Positions 1 through 12,019 of a stretch of 64,000 nucleotides of DNA are shown in pieces (position 1 is the first letter of the stretch; each line of letters begins with the position of its first letter). The stretch comes from Lobosporangium transversale (taxonomy: Eukaryota): NCBI RefSeq assembly GCF_002105155.1, contig NW_019029012.1, positions 372,001 to 436,000 on the forward strand, given 5' to 3'. The position numbers and the translations under genes were made by a program. Under the pieces are notes generated by a model. It was not told the DNA's origin and made no database searches. It saw only the letters and a program-made list of their open reading frames with translations.

Positions 1-1210
1 CTTACATTTTCAGTTTTGCCGACAAAGACTTAGCGTAATATAAAATAAAAAGTAGCAGAGTGATTTCTAATCCGGAAAGCTAATTAAAGATCTTTTTCTT
101 TTCCTTTAGGCGTTTTTCTTTTTTTTTTTTTTTTTTTTTTTTTGGGCTTTTGGGATCATCTAAACGGCCATTTACTTTTTTTGTATTAACCAGGAGACCA
201 TGGACATGACGCTTTCTATGCCGCTCATCAATGTTATTATTAATGTTGTGAAGCCACTTGAGGAAGTGGCGCATTTTTTTATTTATTTTTTTTTATTATT
301 GCATAATGTTTATCTGATTCTTGTTCTAGACTTTTTTCCTTCCTTCCTTCTTTCATTGTTCAGCAAAAAGCCTGTTTCAATTGTAGACTGCATTAAAAAA
401 AAAAAGTAAAAAAAAAAAAGAAAAAGAGAAAAAGAGAAAATAAAAATTAATCGTTACTGTTGGTCAACAGAGCTTGATCAAGTCAGATATTGTAACCGGG
501 TTTTTTAGATCTTGCTTTCTTAATAAAAAGGGCACATTTATCATTGCTTCGCATAAATCTATAACTTGAGAGACAAGCAGATGATTCATGTACTTGGACG
601 CTTTATATTTTTATGTGTTTAATTTTTTACTTTTATTTTTTTCTCCTAACAAGAAAGCGTATAAACTTATTTCCGAGTGATTACCAGATCTGTTGGATAT
701 GCTAGATGCTTGATATGCTAGATTTGTTAGATGTGCTAGATGTGCCAGAAATGCAGAAGAGAATGAGACGCGTCATAGTGTCACAAAAAGTGGTCTTTGC
801 TCATCAAAAAAAAAAAAAAAAAAAAAAGTTTCATTTCAATGGACGAGGACGGTTCTCGCGGAAATTAAAAACAGACGCGTATGCGAAATGTGTATCCATT
901 CATCCATCATTGATCGACTGGTAAAGAGTCAAAGCAAAACTCTTGGCCCTGTATACAATGCGTACCTTATACAAATATGTGCTCTATACTGCCCATACAC
1001 ATCCTATCATTCTCAATGAGAGGTCAATGGTCAATGGTCGGTGGGGGGCAAAAATATATGGGCAAAGATTTTTTTTTTTTTTGTCAAGCACATTTCATAG
1101 GAACGGTATTTTATTACATTTCATGTCAATATTTATTTGCTTCCTCACGACCAAACGCAGACAAAGCAGACACTACCTTAATCTTTTAAATACCCCCCGC
1201 TACCTATGGT

Positions 1211-3615
1211 ATGCCAGAAACATCCATTCCACCCCCATCTTTTGATTCACCAGATCCAACTCTCGGAATCAAGCCTCGATCAGCACAATCAACAAACGAG
1301 TTAACTTATGAGAAGCATAATGACAACCAACTCGAAACCCTGAACGAATGGATGCATCCTTCAGCAATTTTGCATCAATCGCAGCCATACTCTGCTGCAT
1401 TCTATGGATGCTCTTTCAGGCTTTTTGCTTTATTTCTGATATCAGCTGTCTTGTTGGCATGTGCGATCCATTCGAGCTTTCACTATCAATTGGACCCCAA
1501 AGGCTGTATGATGACCTATATGCAGCCTACATATTACAGATTATTGGACTTTAACCTAGAAAACACCTATACCCCCGGAAACTATGGGCTATTGCTCTAC
1601 AGAGATGAAGGGGACGACCACTCAGTAGTACACCCAGATTCGCTCGAACATCTGGGAGGCACAGACTGGGCAGTTTCAAAATCAGCAAAGGTAAATAGAC
1701 GCAACTTTTGTCTATTATTGATTAGCATCAAGGAAATCTGTTCGTGGCGTCTTTTATAGATCAAATGTTCAACTATGTATTATATGACATTCATGTAGAT
1801 TCGCCCGACAGGCATCCCTGCCTTATTTATTCCGGGGAATGCAGGGAGTGCTAGACAGATTCGTTCTCTGGCCAGAGAGACGACCACAGCTTACAAGCCA
1901 GGCTCGAAGAGGATTGATTTCTTCACAGTAGACTTTAATGAAGAATTCTCGGCATTCCACGGGCAGATCTTGGTGTATCAGGCAAAATGGATTAACACGG
2001 CCATCAAATACATCTTGTCCCTCTATAATGATCATGATTCTGATTCTCAGCAACCTCGACCGACATCTATCCTGATCGTTGGTCATAGCATGGGTGGGAT
2101 CGTTGCTCGCACAATCTTCATAATGGAAAACTACCTGCCTGGTTCCGTTCGTAGCATCCTGACGCTCGCAACCCCCCATATGGTCCCACCTTTGGTACTT
2201 GACTACGGGATCACCAAAGTCTATGACAAGATTGAGGATTTCTGGGCAAAGGGTTACAGCGGACCAAATGCTGCGCTGACTAATGTATCGATAGTATCCA
2301 TCATGGGCGGCAACCAAGATCTGACAGTGAACAGTGACGCAGGCAATATTCACCATTTAGTACCACTAAGTCATGGATTTTCAGTGTTCACTTCGGCGAT
2401 CCCACATGCCTGGGTGGGATCGGATCATTTATCAATCCTGTGGTGTAATCAGATCGTCAAGCAAGTCGGGAAAGTCCTTGCAGACATTGTAGATCCCACA
2501 CGAGCTGAACAAGTCAGGCCTTTAAAGGAGCGAATGGAGATCCTTAAAAGGCATCTGATAGCTGATAAGGGGGATGATCCATCGGATGAAATTGAAGGTA
2601 AACAATACTGTGAGCCGGATCTGACTATCGTTCGTTCGTTCGTCCAGCAATCTCGTTATTCTCAATCTTTAGCTTTTTCTTAAAGAACCTCAAATATCTC
2701 CTTACGTACCGGTCTCTTTAGATGAAGAGATTATCTATCTACCTGATGTCAAACATACATTTTTGACGAAGAATACCATCTGGACAAATGAGCTTCAAAT
2801 CAACCGGCGTAAATCACCGCATTACTATATCTTGAGCTCACCCCTACAGCACAACAAAGAAGACAATCTCGACACATTCACCTTTTTAACAGATCAAGAG
2901 TTTGGGCCACATAAACATTTCCGTTTTCTGCTTTGTAAAGATACGTCTGTTGCTGCTTCTGCTTCTGCTGAGGCGGATGAGAAAGGGCACATTTCTTCGC
3001 TCTCTTGCAAACGCAGCAGCTTTTTATCCTTGACGGCTATTCCGGCATCGACTTCCACATCAACTCTACCTCTATTTTCGAATGGAGGACGCTTTACAGG
3101 CCAAGAGTTCCGTTTCTTGTCTACATCGCTCAGTAATCTTGAGCCCTTCCAGTACATCGTGGTACACGATAAGGGTGACCATTTATCTAGCGGCTTCATG
3201 ATCGCCGAATTCATGAATAAGGATGCTAGTATTGAAACTGTTCATACTTCTACGATGAGTATGTTAGTATAATCTGTGTGCTTCAAAACTTTATCTCTAC
3301 TATGCTCACCTTCGTTGCACCATCTTGCCTAATATTGTCCTCCTTCCCTCCTCTTCCCCCCCTCACACTCTCTCTTCAGGACTTTTGTTTCATGGACTTA
3401 GGAGAGTGCGATTTCCAAAGAAACCAACGATGATATCCACACTTCGATTACCGAATATCGATAACAGTCTACTGGCATATAATCTCAAGGTTAAAGGCGG
3501 CAGCTGCAAAGGTAATGTCTAGTCATTAGTTTGGTTTTATTATTTTCAGCCTATCATGGTTATCATGTAAAAATTGATGCAAAAAGTTTAACAAAGTATA
3601 TATATATATAATTCC

Positions 3616-3646
<31 letters not shown>

Positions 3647-4510
3647 CGCTAAATTCCAGCCGATGATGAAGCAATCGAATTGGGCTTCACATGAAGACAA
3701 GTTTGTTGTCAATATTGCAGAAAAGGTATCTGGACTAGATATTAACTTCCATGGCGACCTTCCATATCACGATAAAGTGCAGTTAACCCCAAACAACGGA
3801 ATAGAGCTTCACTTCTGGAGAGACCCAAATTGCCATGAAGGGAATGGAGAAGGAGAAGGAGAGCCTCTATCGCTCAAACTTACGGTCGACAAGTATGGGA
3901 GCTTGGGCAAGGTTGTAATCCGCTATAGAACCATCATCCTAGTGTTCACCTTCATGGTAGTGATATTAACGTTAAGGAAACAGTTCAAAGACGACGGTAG
4001 AGATGCGGTATCGTTCAGACCATTTGGGGTTATTATGAATGAGTTACTCATAACAGGAACTTACCTGAGGTTCTCAATATTATTAGTCCTCTTCGCTGCT
4101 TACCAGTACTCGAGCAAAAAGAGGGTTGTGGAGCTATACTATCAACAACATGACCCACAGCAGGAGCTTCATGGCAAGGATCTGACGAATGGCTGGTTTG
4201 AGGATGCGTTGTTGGGTAGAAACGAATCTTTCTTCTGGCTATTACTCCCAATCTTCTTTCATGTTTCTGTAGGCATCGTTGCATTTGTCTGGTTTGTACT
4301 TAATACCATGGTCCAGTTGGTCGCACCATGCTTTCATGTGTTATACACGGTTGTTTCGAGAGATACACCGTATTCAAGAGCTCCGTGGGCGCTAATTCTG
4401 GCAGTTTTAGCAGTGGGTGTACCATATCAATTTTTGTTCATCGTCATTTTCATTTGGCTTTTATCTGTGAACGCAGGGACGGCATTCGCTGCATCTACCG
4501 CAACCAATGT

Positions 4511-4543
<33 letters not shown>

Positions 4544-4581
4544 GTTTGCTTTATCCAGAAATGTTAGTTGACATGTGCTAA

Positions 4582-4619
<38 letters not shown>

Positions 4620-5199
4620 CAAAATTGTCATTGAAAAAGCCTCAAAAAATATGGGATGCGTTCCATATCAACATGTCGATATTAGTGGTATTCTTCTTTC
4701 TGTTACCCTTCTGTGTCCCCGCAGTGATGGTTTGGATACGGAATGGATGGTATAAAGTATTCGATTCAGACCAGCGTGTGGATTTTGTGTTCCCATTCAT
4801 TATCTTTGTCCAAGCTTTAGCACGCGAAAGCTTTATTGTCAAGGATCCTTGGAAAATGTATGAAAAAAGAGCTTTTTTTTTTTTTTTTTTTTTTTTTGAT
4901 AAAGTATACAAAAGGGGAAGAAAAAAAAAAAAAGCTAACCAGCAAAGTCTCTCTCTCCCTTCCTCTTATTTTTTTTTCTTGTAAAAAGAAATAGGAAAGC
5001 GGCAAGGTGGATGTTGGATATGATGATGGTGTATCTAGTGTTGATGGGAGTACGATATAGTTGGCAGATATTCTTTCTAACATGGATGTGGATCACCGGA
5101 TTATTGTTGCTGCAATGTCTTGAGACGTATACAGGCAAACTACTCTGGGCCCAGGCATTGCATTCACTAGGCTTTCATGGGCATTTAAAGCGAGATTAA
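1211..5199 (+). CDS. BST1: GPI inositol-deacylase (PGAP1/Bst1), 7 exons, ~1077 aa
   Basis: Exons 1211-1690, 1799-2597, 2722-3258, 3380-3511, 3646-4508, 4640-4857, 4995-5199 with GT-AG introns join in frame. Motifs GCMMTYMQP, GIPALFIPGNAGS, DFFTVDFNEEFSAFHG, lipase box GHSMGG, DHLSILWCNQ; multi-TM C-terminus. Confidence 0.93.
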
Positions 5200-5812
5200 A
5201 GGACGAGTCATTTTTTTTTTTTTTTACTTTTTATTTTTTATTACATGTATATCGTTTAATAAATATGTATCCCACGTATGCTGTTGTCCAAGTTGATCAA
5301 CCCAAGTTGGAATACTTTTTATAGTCAATCACATTTCGTCCCCCCTGTGACAGAACATTTTATCCGCCCATATTATTCCATCTCAAGCATTGATTTTTTA
5401 GCTAGTCTACCACTACCATTCAAAAGGCTATCCACAATGCCTCGCCAATGTTTATCAGTAGCAGAGGATTTAGAGCTTCGCGACATCACAGACTTGAATG
5501 CCCGGCGTGTAGAATTCTTGATATTTGGGTTAATGGACCACGGGCCATTACTGTGGTGTGTAATCGACTTTGAAAAAAAAAAAAAAAAAAAAAAAAAGTA
5601 TAGAAATGTTGACCCCACTTGATTTGTCATGCAAAGGAAACTGAAGGCATTAAAGGAAGTGAGTCCAAGAAATGAGATGACCGTATACGACTATGACACT
5701 GATTCTTCCGCTGTTTCCTTTGCTTCTATTACTGATAAAAGGGAAAGATGACAGCCATAGGATGCCCTGATGGATGTTCTATTATAATTAAAGTTATAAT
5801 TACTAAGCTATG

Positions 5813-6851
5813 TCACTCATTAAGAAGCTCAACCTGACAAAACTCATCAAATGTTGTCAGCACATCTGTCTTGAGATGAGGTTGATTAAGCCATGCAGAG
5901 AGTAATACCATCCCTTGATCCTTATCTCTTCGTACGGAGGGAGCTAACATCCCACCAAACTCAGATCCAATACAACTATCACCAGGATTCTCCGTATTTC
6001 CCCCAGTTTTTGGAGCAATTGCTGTGTTACTCCCGGTTATTGAGGCTTCTTCGCTACTAGAATCACTGCTTAAACTTGCTTCTGTTGCTTCTGTTTTGGC
6101 TATTGTCGCTGTCTTTGTTCCTGTTGTAGCGGAGGAAATGAAGATGGGTTGAGAATGAAGGCTCGAGGCGATCAATTGGTCCAAGATATCTTGGTTCATG
6201 ATCATCTGCATTGTGTACAGGCCAAAGACCCGTTCCAGTTGAATCCATATCTGTTCCAGTGTACATGTTGTACCAATAGGATCCCGATATGTGAATGCCT
6301 CTCCAAACATCTCGGTTGCTTCCTCCATTAGATACTCGAACTGGCTGGTCTGTAGCTTCATTTTGGCATATTGTGCATTCTAAAAAGTTTAACAAATATT
6401 GGATGTCAGTTGATGTTTAAAAGCTTTAGGGGTTAAATAAATAAATAAGGCATGCAATACCATTTTTGTGAGTGTTGTCTCCAGATCCTGTGCCATGGCT
6501 TCGGCTCTCTTTTGAAGCTTACTCTCGAACCTCTCCTTCAGGTCTAAAAACTGATCCAGCGCAGGAGGCCAATATCCTAGACCATCAACATACCTTTAAA
6601 TAAAGGTGAACAAGTGTTTATAAATGAGAAAAAAAAAAAAAAAAAAAAAAAAAGACATTGTTGGATTCAAGAGAAGGACAAATGGTTTAATTATGACATT
6701 GATTAGGGTTTTACCCTTGTTGCAATTGAACGTTGACAAGAGCATTGGCCTGGGACAATCCATCGGAGACAAGGTCACTCCACACCTTTCGTGCCCTTTG
6801 AAAGTCAAGGAGGATAGTGATGACTCTACGTTCAATGGTCGCTTTAGACAT
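5813..6851 (-). CDS. CINP / C1orf109(AIRIM)-like helical protein, 3 exons, ~278 aa
   Basis: Exons 6851-6715, 6593-6461, 6379-5813 splice in frame. Motifs WSDLVSDGLSQANALVN, PPALDQFLDLKERF and C-terminal LSAWLNQPHL resemble CINP/C1orf109 family segments as I recall them. Confidence 0.65.
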
Positions 6852-6958
6852 GATGATTGTGCATTGTTCTGTCAAAAGAAAGCTTTTTTTCTCTGTGTGG
6901 CTGGGATAACTCCCCACAGACCACATTCTTTTTATTAAGAAGTTGAAGATCCCACTTT

Positions 6959-6990
<32 letters not shown>

Positions 6991-7010
6991 ACTACGAAGC
7001 ATTATTGGCT

Positions 7011-7516
7011 TTAATGATGTCCAATGTAGCAAGTGCTGACAAAGCAATCGTTGCCTCTCTCAAGACAAAGTCTCTCGAACTTGATCTCGTCTTGGTCGTC
7101 AATCGGGCAGTGAGTCTCGGAGATGCGGAAACAATAGATCATGTTCCTACCAAACTCACTACTGCACACGTTCAAATTCCATTGCTGGTCAACTTCATCG
7201 TTGTTTTCACCACACTGGCACCGCAAAAGTGCTTTCCTTGATGTGGTCATCCTTCCTTTTCCCCTTTCAGAGCGGAAACCCTTGCGCCAGTCAAGGAACC
7301 GATTCTGTTCACAGGAACCAGCCATGGCTGTTGCGGCTATATAAAATATGTTTAAAAATAATAATAATAGTAATAATAATACAAAAGTAGTTTAGTAAAA
7401 GAACCTTCATTTTTATTTTTATTTTTTTTCTCTCACATGAGAAAACGCGCTACAATAGCAAGATTACAAAGTTCCGTACCAATGCAGAGGAGAACTAAGG
7501 CCTTTGCAAGATGCAT
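7011..7516 (-). CDS. Small secreted cysteine-rich protein, 2 exons, ~120 aa
   Basis: Exon 1 7516-7480 (MHLAKALVLLCI), intron GTACGG...TAG 7479-7337, exon 2 7336-7011 in frame. Gives signal peptide MHLAKALVLLCIAATAMA followed by a mature region with 9 Cys. Confidence 0.8.
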
Positions 7517-7592
7517 AGTAGGCGGAGCTTTTAAGTTCGATGGAAGAAAGAATGTGCGAAAGAGAGGAATAGGGATATCGAACGATGAGTTC

Positions 7593-7627
<35 letters not shown>

Positions 7628-8101
7628 ACGTGGGGAAGGTGAGAGCGTGGGAAAACGTGATCAAAGAACACAGACCCTGTTCAACTAAGCGATTTCAGGG
7701 GCCTTGTCATTCCGTATCAGCTTCCGCTAAGCCCGTTTGTTTGCGAAGATTTAAAGCAATTAATCAGACAAGACTGTATCTCTTTTTTACATTTGTGGTC
7801 CACTCATCCTTTGTTACACATTCTGTAGGGAATAGGATGTATTGGGCGAAGAGACCAAAGAGTTCGACTCCGACCGCTAGGAGTTCAGAACGCGTAAAGA
7901 TTATCTGAGCCATTCATTCATTCTTCTCCTTTCATCTGGGATATACTTACGCATATCATCTTAACAGGTAGTCCCCAGAAGCCGTCCAAATCGTTTACAT
8001 TTCTTGTAAATGGGTATTAGTTGTTACTTTTTTTTTTATTTTTTTTTTTTTATTACAATTATAAACATAACACTCTTCTTAATAAAGTGAATTAATAAAA
8101 A

Positions 8102-8134
<33 letters not shown>

Positions 8135-8229
8135 TGCATGTTCCTCCCCAAAATCACCATGTTTATTTACGGTGATATTGTGCAACCTGAGTCAATCAGT
8201 CACTAATTTGCGTGTGCCAGCATTGGGAT

Positions 8230-8560
8230 TCACAAGTCCACCCAAAAAATCTGATTGTCTATAATCCATGGCACATCCTCAGCTTGCATCCGCCGATGAC
8301 TATCGTGATCGAGCAATAAGAATCATAGGTGCTTCAGATTGACTAATTCATCCAAGCCTGTTCTTAACCTCAAGCCCCCAGTGCCCGAATGTTCTCAAGT
8401 ATTAACATTTTCACTCTCAAGCTAAGGATTCGTAGTTAAATCAACTCGCCTAAGTGCTTAAACGCTTTACGTTGCTTCTCCATACCTTTAGAAGCCTCTT
8501 AATCAACGTCAACCTCAAGGTCGGCCCACACTCTAGTAAACCTAGTGCTAATCCATTCCG
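8230..8560 (-). pseudogene. Orphan C-terminal (long-tail) fragment of the F-box/LRR family
   Basis: Minus strand reads EWISTRFTRVWADLEVDVD*EASKGM / KQRKAFKHLGEL / LRLRTGLDELVNLKHL*FLLLDHDSHRRMQAEDVPWIIDN, with stops and frameshifts. Boundaries approximate. Confidence 0.8.
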
Positions 8561-8702
8561 TTAACATTTCTTGCAATTAGGTATGAACCATTTGAGTAAG
8601 GTAGATTTATCTTTTGTTTTTTCCTTTATTTGCATTACGTCTACAATACTCTTGCCTCCAAATCGGACTATAAAATAAAATTTTACTTTATTACTATGAG
8701 TA

Positions 8703-10265
8703 TCATACGTTAATTCCATGCGACCGAAGTAAGTGAATTACTAATCCGCGTACACTACCATCGGTATTCACGCTGCTTACCAGGCAACCAAAACTTGGCC
8801 AATTATTTACAATCCATGTCGCATCTTCACTATGCATCTGCTGATGCCTATCATGAGTGAGCAATAAGGAGCGTAGATGCTTCAGGCCGACTAGTTCATC
8901 CAGACCTGCTCTTAACCTCAAGTCCAGTGTCCGGAAATACCCTTCGTAGTAATGGGTCAAATTAAGGACATGTAGTTTAGTCAACTTGCCTAGCTGCCTA
9001 AATACAATACGCTGCTTCTGCATGCCCTCTGTACTCTCCTGGTCAACATCGGCTTCAAGTTGAATGACCAAATGGGTGAGATCAGTGCTAACCCATTCTT
9101 CACCATCAACAATTTCTGTCACTTTCACTTTGGGCCCCGCCAATACCTTCAGACGTGGACAATTGGATAAGATCGCTTGACCAACACCGGCAAAGATTGT
9201 GGCTTGTTTGTTGAATCTCAGTACTTGAATTGTGTCGCAGAGCCTCCGATCCCTTCTCTTCCGTACTATGTGCCCACCATCCAGAACCTCCTGCTCGTCT
9301 GCTAGTAATTCTTGCATAGAGAGTGGACCGAATTCACAATCTGGGATATCTAGCCGTCTTAGTTCAGTCATCTTTCTGAGAAGTGCTGCCATGTCCTCGT
9401 CTTTTATTCTGAAGGACCCCATATACAGGTCTGATAGACTTGTCGATGTGAAGGGATGATCAACGAATACTGCCTTATAGATATCACGGCCACCTGTTGG
9501 ATATGAAATATCGTCATCCGTGTATTCACCGAACTTTAATGAGCGTAGCTTTGGACATCTCTTAGCCAATATGCCGAGACAATAAGATGATGAATAAAAG
9601 GTTGGAGGCGTGGATATCTTGACAAAGCGAAGACGTAATGTGGTCATATTTGGGAAAATGAATTCATCTGTGCCGTCGTTCAAGAAGTTGGAGGGTAGTC
9701 GATTGATTGTTACACAAGACATCTCCAAGCACCTAACTCTCTTGCAGACTCGAAAGAATAGATCGACCTGGTCATTAGACACGTAAGTACTAGAAATGGT
9801 TAACACTTCTAGATGCGTGCATCCCAGTAATGCTGTCCATATCTCTCGTAAAGATGAGTCACCCGGTGTAGTGAGCTCAAATTTGGTGATTGTGGAACTG
9901 TGGGACATAATCAAGCTAGAAAGCTCACTCAGATTGAACGAAAGCTGGCTTCGACATTCGATGGATTGGAGGCGAACACAGCCTTGCAACGACATGTACT
10001 CCTTTGGAAACTTGTAATAGAATAGAAGCTCCTCAATATTTTCCTTGTAGCTCTGCAGTGCTGCACCAGTAGGATACTTTCTATATCTTGAATAGGTTTC
10101 TCCAACCTCAATCCTTTTGTAAATGGATATAGAGCCAGCAAGTGTATTGCGGAAAGTCCTGGAGACAAGAATACAGCGTAAGAGATCATCTTGTTCTAGG
10201 AAGTCGCCAACACGCAAAATAATTTCTGGAATGTCCATAGGACTCAAATTGGAATTGCTCATCAT
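8703..10265 (-). CDS. F-box-like + LRR (RNI-like) protein, copy A (long tail), intronless, 520 aa
   Basis: N-terminal PMDIPEIILRVGDFL..DLLRCILVSRTF F-box-like motif; repeated LxxLxL segments; ILSNCPRLKxL; tail LDLRLRAGLDEL. Confidence 0.85.
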   Translation of the reverse strand: MMSNSNLSPMDIPEIILRVGDFLEQDDLLRCILVSRTFRNTLAGSISIYKRIEVGETYSRYRKYPTGAALQSYKENIEELLFYYKFPKEYMSLQGCVRLQSIECRSQLSFNLSELSSLIMSHSSTITKFELTTPGDSSLREIWTALLGCTHLEVLTISSTYVSNDQVDLFFRVCKRVRCLEMSCVTINRLPSNFLNDGTDEFIFPNMTTLRLRFVKISTPPTFYSSSYCLGILAKRCPKLRSLKFGEYTDDDISYPTGGRDIYKAVFVDHPFTSTSLSDLYMGSFRIKDEDMAALLRKMTELRRLDIPDCEFGPLSMQELLADEQEVLDGGHIVRKRRDRRLCDTIQVLRFNKQATIFAGVGQAILSNCPRLKVLAGPKVKVTEIVDGEEWVSTDLTHLVIQLEADVDQESTEGMQKQRIVFRQLGKLTKLHVLNLTHYYEGYFRTLDLRLRAGLDELVGLKHLRSLLLTHDRHQQMHSEDATWIVNNWPSFGCLVSSVNTDGSVRGLVIHLLRSHGINV

Positions 10266-10356
10266 GTAAAAGAGAGAGAGAGGAAGATGATGGAATGAGA
10301 GATGATAGAGCGAAATGAAGTGTGAACAGGAACATGTTTTTATTTATATATTAGAG

Positions 10357-11266
10357 ACACTTAGAGCAAGTGCTTATTTACACCCAAAAATCCATCATTT
10401 TTTGTAACGTTTGTTCACGTTTGTACAGTTCGCCGTTGACAAATTGTCGAAAATCGACATTATAGCAAGTTGTCATTTCTGTTAAATATATCAAACTCTA
10501 TTTTTCGATATTACTTGCGTCGCCGCTTTTTTTTTTTTCTTTTTTTTTTTCACTCCCCACTCTCATCCATCAATATGCCTCAAGGAAAGAACCAAACAAC
10601 CTCTGGTAACCAGTCCTTGCTACCAAAGGCTACATTTCAACCAAGGAGCAGGCTGGTGCCAGAAAGTCGTCGCTATTGCCAAAGCGTACGTCCCAGAAAC
10701 GCATCGAATTAAGGAAGTCATTTTCCCTGATGCTGTTCGAATGATAATGACATCTGAAAAGCACAATCATCGATTCACCCCATACACTGAGGATGATATC
10801 GCTTACCAAGGCGATGAGAGACGACGATGAAGATGGCCTTGAATACATCCCTAGTCATCCTGACTAGAGTTATCAGATTTATCAAGTGTGCTCGATTCTC
10901 CTTCAAGTCCGACAATACACGATCACTAAGAAGTAAACAAAGAAATATTACACGAAACCTTCCTACGGTTTAAAAATCCTCAGAACGAAATCAATGACCC
11001 TCTATTGCTGAAACGCTGGGTTGCAGCATACAGGCAGTTGAAGTTATTTAATGAATGCCGCGATTTGTTGACAAGGAGAAAGTGAGTCAGAATGAATAAA
11101 TATGAATGAGGTAGTGAAAATAGAGTTTGATATATTTATTGAATTGAAATGAATAGAAATGAAAACTTGCTCTAATGTCGATTTTCTACACTATACACTT
11201 TGAGCAAGTGTTTATTTACACCCAAAAATCCATCATTTTTGTAGTCGCGTTTGTTTACGTTTGCAC
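10357..11266. mobile_element. Putative non-autonomous element: ~70 bp direct repeats enclosing imperfect inverted repeats and a decayed ORF
   Basis: Direct repeats 10357-10426 and 11195-11266 (core GAGCAAGTG.TTATTTACACCCAAAAATCCATCATTTTT). Inverted repeats 10449-10504 and 11117-11186 (GAAAATCGACATTATAGCAAGTTGTCATTTC matches with 2 mismatches). Absent from the paralogous segment at ~22350-22390. Confidence 0.6.
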
Positions 11267-11609
11267 TTAAAGAAAAAAATCTCCTAGATTTTTCAACGCA
11301 GCCACAACCATAAAGAGTACTTTTTTTTTTTTTTTTTTTTTTTTGACTATAACACTAATGATGATAGTCCTACATCCTAATTTTTCCTTTTATCAAGAGG
11401 ATGCGGCCTGCTCTGGTAGCACTTATCTCAGAATGAGAGGGAGAGGGGAAGAGGTGTTAATTTTGTGCCATTACTTGGTTGTTGACTGTGTGAAAGAACC
11501 AAAAAAAGTTCATTATCGCCTGAATTTATTGTAATAAGTGCCAATTTTTACGTAGATAGCATGTTTTTACAGAATTCAGGTGTGACCCCTTTTATGATGA
11601 AAAATTCAT

Positions 11610-11955
11610 CCACCTTTTGCCACTAAATTAAAATTTGTAATAGGTCTTAATAAAAAGGTTCCTGCCTGGCGGTAATAAAAGCAGCTCTCTGATCTCCTTG
11701 ACTATCAGTCTCCATACGATCGAGCTTTTAATAATGGCCTTTGGTACAGCCTTACATAGTAGTGTATCTGGACTAAGTACCGAGCCCCTCATGATCAAAT
11801 GGATGCACACAAGCACACTGCAAGTTGATTCTGGACAAAATTATCATTTGATCTCCTTGGTACTGGGCGGCTTTACGGCTTTTCCTATCAGATGTAAGGA
11901 AGAGGAAGAGATCAACTAGGTAACCTCAATTGCCTATCGTATCTGGCATCCCCTC
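11610..11955. repeat. Non-coding arm of the inverted segmental duplication (partner 22010-22350)
   Basis: Reverse complement matches 22010-22350 with indels, e.g. GGTTCCTGCCTGGCGGTAATAAAAGCAGCTCTCTGATCTC and GGATGCACACAAGCACACTGCAAGTTGATTCTGGACA. Confidence 0.9.
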
Positions 11956-12019
11956 CTTCTATGTAATCTGCACTAAACTACGAAGTCATATTAGTGTTAG
12001 TAAAGTGCGGCTCGAAGCG

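Noticed and set aside
80..409. Short ORFs at the window start
   Set aside because: They run through homopolymers (poly-K/F) with no recognisable motif or supported splice model.
686..750. Degenerate 9-bp repeat (GATATGCTA-like) giving MLDMLDLLDVLDV
   Set aside because: Few imperfect units and no spacers; a simple minisatellite, not CRISPR or a gene.
5278..5760. ORFs between BST1 and the CINP-like gene
   Set aside because: No consistent start/splice model or motif; likely UTR or decayed sequence.
7858..7875. GAGTTCGACTCC, tRNA T-loop/B-box-like
   Set aside because: Flanks do not form a T-stem or cloverleaf; not a tRNA.
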